From Macrostomum lignano (lineage: Eukaryota), in NCBI GenBank assembly GCA_002269645.1, contig NIVC01000869.1, positions 186,001 through 250,000 on the forward strand: 64,000 nt of DNA, written 5' to 3'. A program made the translations under genes and the position numbers. The notes beneath the pieces are model-generated. The model saw only the letters and a program-made list of their open reading frames with translations, searched no databases and was not told where the DNA came from. Shown piece after piece: positions 57,968 through 64,000 of the stretch. Every line of letters begins with the position of its first letter. Position 1 is the first letter of the stretch.

Positions 57968-60921
57968 TGCCAGCGGCTACCTGGTGTCTGCAGATCAACA
58001 CCCAGCACTGCGTGGCGGCGTCAGTCAACCTGATGCGCACGACAGAGCAACAGCTTACCACTGCCTTTGAAGCAGCCTGCCCTCTAAAGGCCTATAAAGG
58101 CAAGAAATCTGCTCCCTGGTGGAACCCAGAGCTCGGGGCCCTTCGGCGCCGAGCCAGGACCCTCCAAAGGCGAGCACTCAAAACCAAAGACCCATCTGAT
58201 ATAGAGGCCTACACCTGTGCGATCCACGAGTTTAAGGGCCAAGTCAGAAGGGCCAAGACGGCCAAGTGGCGCCAATATTGCGAAGGGCTTGAGGGCTCTC
58301 GCCCCGTAGCCCGCGTGGTTAAGGCACTCACTAATGACCGTTTTTCTAAACTCTCTGTTGTGAAGAGACCTGACGGCTCGGTCACAGAGAGTTCGGAAGA
58401 GACCCTAGAGCTCATGCTCAACAGTTTTTTCCCTAAATCTCCGACTCAGCAGGGCCCGCCCGACCACACAGTGGGAGGGCAAGGCCTAGCAAAGTCTATG
58501 ATCACCAAAGACCGCATTATTAGAGCGGCAAGGTCCTTTAACCCGTTCAAGGCGCCTGGGCCCGACGGCATCTACCCAGCGTTCTTGCACGAGGCGGTAA
58601 AAAACCACCGCTTCCTGGACCTGCTCTGTCGTCTCCTTCGAGCTTGTGTGGAGCTGGGCTATGTACCAGTTGCGTGGAGAGAGGCACGGGTGGTCTTTAT
58701 CCCCAAGCCTGGAAAGAGCGACTACCAATCGGTGAAGGCCTTCAGGCCTATCAGCCTCACCTCTTTCTGCCTCAAGCTCCTCGAGAGGTTGGTGCTTTGG
58801 CGCCTACTTTCGGTCGAGCTGAAGCGCTTCCCACTCTCGCAGAACCAGCACGCCTTCCGCGCGGGCAGGTCTACCGAGAGTGCTCTCCATGTCATTGTTG
58901 ACTTCCTGGAGAGGGCCGTTCTTGGCAGCGGCTTTGCCCTCTCGCTTTTCCTGGACATTGAGGGGGCCTTCGACAACGTCATCTTCGAGGCCTTTTGCAG
59001 AGCCCTGGAATCCAGGGCCACGCACCCTCACCTTGTCCGGTGGATCATGTTCATGATCCGGAACCGCACTGTTGTGGCCCACCTGAACGGCAGCTCTCTT
59101 TCGGTGCCTGTCCTGAAAGGGGGCCCCCAGGGCGGCGTTCTCACCCCCGTTCTCTGGAACATGGTCATGTATGAGTTGCTTTGCAGTGATCTCCACGACC
59201 CCATTCTCAAGGTGGGCTATGCCGATGATGTGACCGCGATATGCGCGGGCCCCTCGGTTGATACCATCAGAGACCTTCTGCAGGGCTTTCTGGGACGAGC
59301 GGAGCGTTGGGCAAACCAATGTGGCCTTAGACTCTCAGAGTCGAAAACCACAGCAGTCATGTTTACCAACAAACTGCTCTGGACCATTAAGCCCCTCACC
59401 CTCTATGGAAAGAATATTTCCATGGAGAAGCAGGTCCGCTGCCTGGGCCTCACTCTGGACCACAGGCTTAACTGGACTCCGCACATTCAAACTAAAGCCA
59501 AAAAAGCCCTGGCTGTACTGGCTCAGATCAGGCGCGCCGTGGGCACCACCTGGGGGCTCACCCCCAGGAAGCTGTAGTGGATTTACACTGCCATCATCCG
59601 CCCCTCGATCAGTTACGCCAGCCTCGTGTGGGCTAGCGGCCTGAGCGTCAAGAGCAACCTCGACGCTCTCTACAAAATCCAGGGCAGAGCCTGCCGCATG
59701 ACTATGGGCGCTCCACCCTCTACTCCTTTTGAAGGCATGAATGCCTTCCTCTGTGCCCCTCCTTTGGATATATATATCAAAGGAGAGGCGGCGAAGAGCA
59801 CCCAGCGTCTTCTGGATGCTGGGGTGGCCTTCAAGAAAGTGCGGGCCTTTAAGAAGCGGTCGCTTATCCCGCACTCTGACCTCTGCCTCAAGGCTCTCGA
59901 GGAGTGTGGCGGGCTCAACATCCTCACGGACTCGATCCCAGCCACCCTTCTCCTGAGCCAAAGGTATAAGGTCACCATTCAGCCTCGACACGAGGCGAGT
60001 GACAGCTGGAGCGATTCTGAAGTCCACTGTTACACTGACGGCTCTATGAGGCATGGTCGTTCAGGCTTCGGAGCTTGCGTCTTCTTTAAGGGAGAAGTGG
60101 TGTGGAGCTACTCCCAACACACTGGGCTCAACTCCAGTGTTTTTCAGAGCGAGGTGCTTGCCATCAGCTCCTGCGCGGCAGAGCTGCGCCGAAGGCAGCT
60201 TGGCGGCCGGAAATTTATTTTTCACTCTGACAGCCAAGCTGCCCTTCGGGCCCTCTGCCGCAGCACCGCCAGCTCCAGGTCCGTCCTGGACTGCAACACC
60301 CAGCTCAACGGGCTTGCGCTAGGCAACCAAGTGGAGCTCAGATGGATCCCGGGCCACGCCGGCTTCCTCGGCAACGAGCGCGCTGACCTGCTGGCCAAGG
60401 CTGGCTCCGTCGGCGCGCTGCTGGGGCCGGGCCCGGGAGCCCCCATCCCCGCCTCGGTGATCAATTCCCGCGTTAAGCGCTGGACTGACTCCGAGCATCT
60501 CCGCAGGTGGCACGGCACCCGGAATTGTAAGCAATCCCGTGCGACCGTCCCCTGCCCCTCTCCTCTCCTGCGTAGAGCCCTCCTCAGGCTCAACCGCAGA
60601 GACCTCAGAGCAGTTAGCATGGCCCTCTCCGGGCATGGCTGCTTCTCTCGCCACCGTTTCCTTCAGGGCCAAGTACCCGAGAAGCGGTGCCCCTTCTGCC
60701 GCTCAGGCAGTGAAAACGCCGAGCATTTTATCTGCCACTGCCCGGTTTTCACCAGGGCCAGGCTTACTCACCTCGGGCCAAACCCGGTTCTCTCCGACGT
60801 TTGCAGGCCCGAGAGCATCCCGCTGCTCGCCCGGTACCTCAGGGACACCGGACGAGCTGATTTCTTCCCCACCGTCGGTGAGGAGGACCGCGCTGCAGGC
60901 GAGACCGACGGGTCCCCCTGA
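57967..60921 (+). pseudogene. LINE ORF2 (RT-RNase H-CCHC), 984 codons, with one in-frame TAG (59575-59577) and the AP-endonuclease domain missing
   Basis: PWWN, KAPGPDG, FRPISL, QHAFR, FLDIEGAFD, YADD; RNase H YTDGS...QSEV...HSDSQ...WIPGH...GNERAD; CPFC...H...C. The frame continues across the TAG (RKL*WIYTAIIRP). Confidence 0.92.
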
Positions 60922-61154
60922 GCGACACCACTTCAACGGAAGTCGTTGGTCGCCAGGGGCTAGCGGAATGGGCGGTCTCCTCCGCCTCCTCGCTGCATCC
61001 GCCGGACGCCCCCTGCAGCTAAGTCAAGTAAGTCAGGCCATCATATCAACAAAAAGGAGCCACCATGTCAAACATAAAAGAGCCACTATGTCGAACATAA
61101 AAGAGCCACCATGTCAACATAAAAGAGCCACCATGTCAAACATAAAAGAGCCAC

Positions 61155-64000
61155 TGTCACGTGTTTTGTCGTGACGAAGAAATACTAGTTGAGACAACAC
61201 GGCGGTTTGTAGCGGTAGCACTGGCAATATCGCGGCAACAAGTTGGCCGTAGGCTTGTTTATTTGAGTAGTAGTCAGATTTACACAAAAGTTAACAGTTT
61301 CAATATAGTGGACTACTGTACTGGGCACTGGCGGCAGCGCAACAATAAGTTGAGTTAAGTTGAAGGCGGTTGAGCACGATGAAGGTGATCCCAAGTGGCG
61401 AATGATGGTAGTGAGCAAACAGTGCAGTGGCACTAGGAGAATAGACTGGCAGTGGAAAGGCGTAAACAGGTCTGGCTGGCGAGACGGGCCCAGACAGGGT
61501 GGGCCGTGGCGAGAGATAAGGCAGGCTCGAGGCAGCCAAGAGAGAGAGAGAAGGAAAACAAGAGCCGCGAAGCGAGGGGCCCGAAGGGAGGAGGCAGACA
61601 GAAGGCAGGAGAAGAAGGAGCCCGCCGCCAGGCGGGGGTTAATAAAGAGCGCAAAAAGGGGGGGTAGCATAAAACACGGAGAGTTTCATTGGCTGGTGAG
61701 AGAACTTGAAATTATCGATCGTGCTAAAATTTACAGACGAACGCAAGGCCTACCGAATACACAGTGAATTAGCAGTTGATACAGATTATTTGCACGCTAC
61801 TACAAGTAAACGTTAAAATAAACTATTGGAGAAATTAAAATGAGAAATTGCAAGGGAAACTATAGTCCAACGGCCCTTTTGCGGGACCACTTAAACTAGC
61901 AACGTCACACCCGCCTCCCTTCCGAAAAAGGATAGGGTCACACAAAAGAAAACCAACACGCGGGGTGACGGCAGAAGCACAGCATGACCGCAGCATATGA
62001 AATTACAGTAGAATGAATTACAGTGGGGTTGAGTTAGTTTATATGAGTATATGATTACTGGAGGCCTTAGGGATTACTGTCCCACAGGCTTACAATTGGC
62101 TGAATAACGAAGTCAAAATTACAGAACATTACAAAGGAGACGATAGGTGGATTACAGAGCAATAGAACGCGGTGAGCGCGAGTAGTATAGTATGGTGGCG
62201 TTACAAAACATAACAGAAACATAGCAATGGTTACGAAGTAGCGCAGAACAGAGCGCGCGGCGCGCGCGAACACAAAAACGACAAGGGACGCGCAGAAGTG
62301 ATACGATGGATGAGGCAAAACACACAACAAGGATGACAAGGTGGATGAGGCAAAGAATGCAGAGCAGAGGCACGGAACAGAGGCACAGTCCGGACAACTG
62401 CGGGCAAACGACGCCAAGCATCAAGGGCGGCGGGACACGGCGCGGCACGCCAAACCAGAAACCGGCAACGCGTGCCGAGGCAGGAGGAAACCGGCGCAGG
62501 AGCGCCCAAGGCGGAGACACGGCGCGGCGCGTCAAGGCGGAGACGGCGCAAGAGCGCCCAAGGCAGAGACGGCGCAGCGCGCCAGGCGGAGAACGGCGCA
62601 GCGCGCCAAGGCAGGAGAACGGCGCAGCGCGCCAGGCGGAGAACGGCGCAGTGCGCCAGGGCAGAGACGGCGCAGCGCGCCAGGCGGAGACGGCGCAGCG
62701 CGCCAGGCAGAGACCGGCGCAGCGCGCCAAGGCAGGAGACCGGCGCAGGAGCGCCAAGGCAGAGAACGGCGCCACGCGCCAAGGCAGGAAACGGCGCCAC
62801 GCGCCAAGGCAGAGAACGGCGCAGGAGCGCCAAGGCAGAAGACGGGCGCAGGTGTGTGTGTGTACGTGCGTGTGTGTACGTTAAAATTTTTGTATCTATT
62901 TACCTCATCCCACACGCTATATATACCTATGATTATTCGGATATTTACGAAATTTGCGAAATTTAACGATAAACTGCAGCTGATTTTTGAAGTAAGTGAC
63001 GTTGGCATAGTCAACCAGTTGCACTCGTCAATGGGCTGAGTAGCGAACTGAGCTAGCTATATTCCTATATGCATATTTTTTGAGTTTTCAATGGTTGTTT
63101 TTTTCCAGTTTTTTCTTTTTGAGTTACTTATGAGTTTTACTAGTCGCCAGTTGGTATGTTTTAATTACCAACCGTATATTGCACATTATATGGTTTCGGG
63201 GTATTAACGTCAGAGGTGACGCCCTTATACATTTTATAGACTATGGCAATACCGAACGGATGCAATAGGATTATTCTAAGCTATCAATTATTTTTGCCAT
63301 TGCTATAATGTTTATCCTATTCATACTATTACTATTCATGTATTATTCATATTGTCGTCATATTAGGCTTACAGGGGCATACGCGCCCTAGTGTATTTTA
63401 TAGATTACGGCAATGCCGATGCAGGCGGAGAACTACTACAATATCTTTTCGACAACTATTATATTCATAATATTCATTTCATAATCATATTTCCGACAAT
63501 AAAGTGCTTTTATGAATTAATTTTAAGTTTATTTTTGAATTAACTAGTTTGGCTTGTGGCTTGTGTTTTGTGGCCTGTGGCTGGCAGATGCCGCAGGGAC
63601 CTGTGGCCAACAGGTGCCACAGGAGGTAGTTTTACGCCTTGCCCGGGGCGTGTAAGCTTGCGGTCTACAGGTGCCGCATGGACCTGTGGCCGGCAGGTGC
63701 CACATGAGGTAGTTTAACGCCTTGCCCGGGGCGTGTGACTGGCGGCTAGTGTCTGCTTCCCCACTGCTAGAGCAGGTCGGACACCTGACAGGTCCGGTAC
63801 CTGACAGGCGGGCGGATGGGGCGTCCGTACCTGGATCTGGGTACGTCAGCCGGGGCTGGTGGTTCAACTGCTTGCGCAGCGACTGGATTCGCAGCAATCT
63901 CAGGTGGTTCTATTGGCTCGGAGGAAGGATTCCCCAAGGAAGCCGTGTACAGCGATTCTGAGCTGTCTTGGCTGTGGCTGGTGTCAGTTTCAGTGTTTGG
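61155..64000 (-). mobile_element. 3' part of a Ty3/gypsy element: 3' LTR 61155-61909, PPT 61910-61923, ~1.85-kb repeat-rich 3' UTR, pol C-terminus 63767-64000
   Basis: TG...CA LTR homologous to 9003-9993 and 15276-16035. The PPT GGAAGGGAGGCGGG abuts the LTR. The minus frame ends ...RSRYGRPIRPPVRYRTCPVSDLL*, the typical post-integrase tail. The element runs off the window. Confidence 0.85.

Larger units (their letters stand above)
55971..61036 (+). mobile_element. Full-length non-LTR retrotransposon, LOA/R1-type (RT + RNase H), inserted in the 23-bp satellite
   Basis: 13-bp TSD GCCATCATATCAA (55958-55970 / 61037-61049), a short AAGTC/AAGT repeat tail, and two ORFs. PQGGVLTPVLWN and GYADD RT motifs with a C-terminal RNase H and CCHC are typical of the LOA clade. 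Confidence 0.93.

Overview
Repeat-dense eukaryotic (invertebrate-type) genomic DNA, not a prokaryotic locus. GC-rich exons sit in AT-rich intergenic DNA and there are TTAGGG tracts; a flatworm such as Macrostomum is my guess, not an identification. The only clear host gene is one NME7 (NDK7) coding exon at 36-418 (-). From about 8.0 to 21.2 kb lies a degraded endogenous Polinton/adintovirus-like virion module: major-capsid C-terminus, A32/FtsK-type packaging ATPase, minor capsid, small ORF, adenain-like protease and a multi-domain fibre-like pseudogene. Its left end is fused in frame to a GC-rich, host-like membrane-anchor leader, and it is interrupted by three LTR insertions with recoverable target-site duplications. 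From about 21.2 to 56 kb are head-to-tail Helitron-like non-autonomous units (TC...hairpin-CTAG) that share a core but carry different 18-30 bp satellite arrays. A full-length LOA/R1-type LINE (55971-61036, 13-bp TSD) sits in one satellite. It has a hand-foldable HDV-like ribozyme in its 5' UTR and an in-frame loss of almost the entire endonuclease domain. The window ends in the 3' part of a Ty3/gypsy element related to the insertions in the viral module. All family assignments come from motif recognition by eye; no database searches were run.
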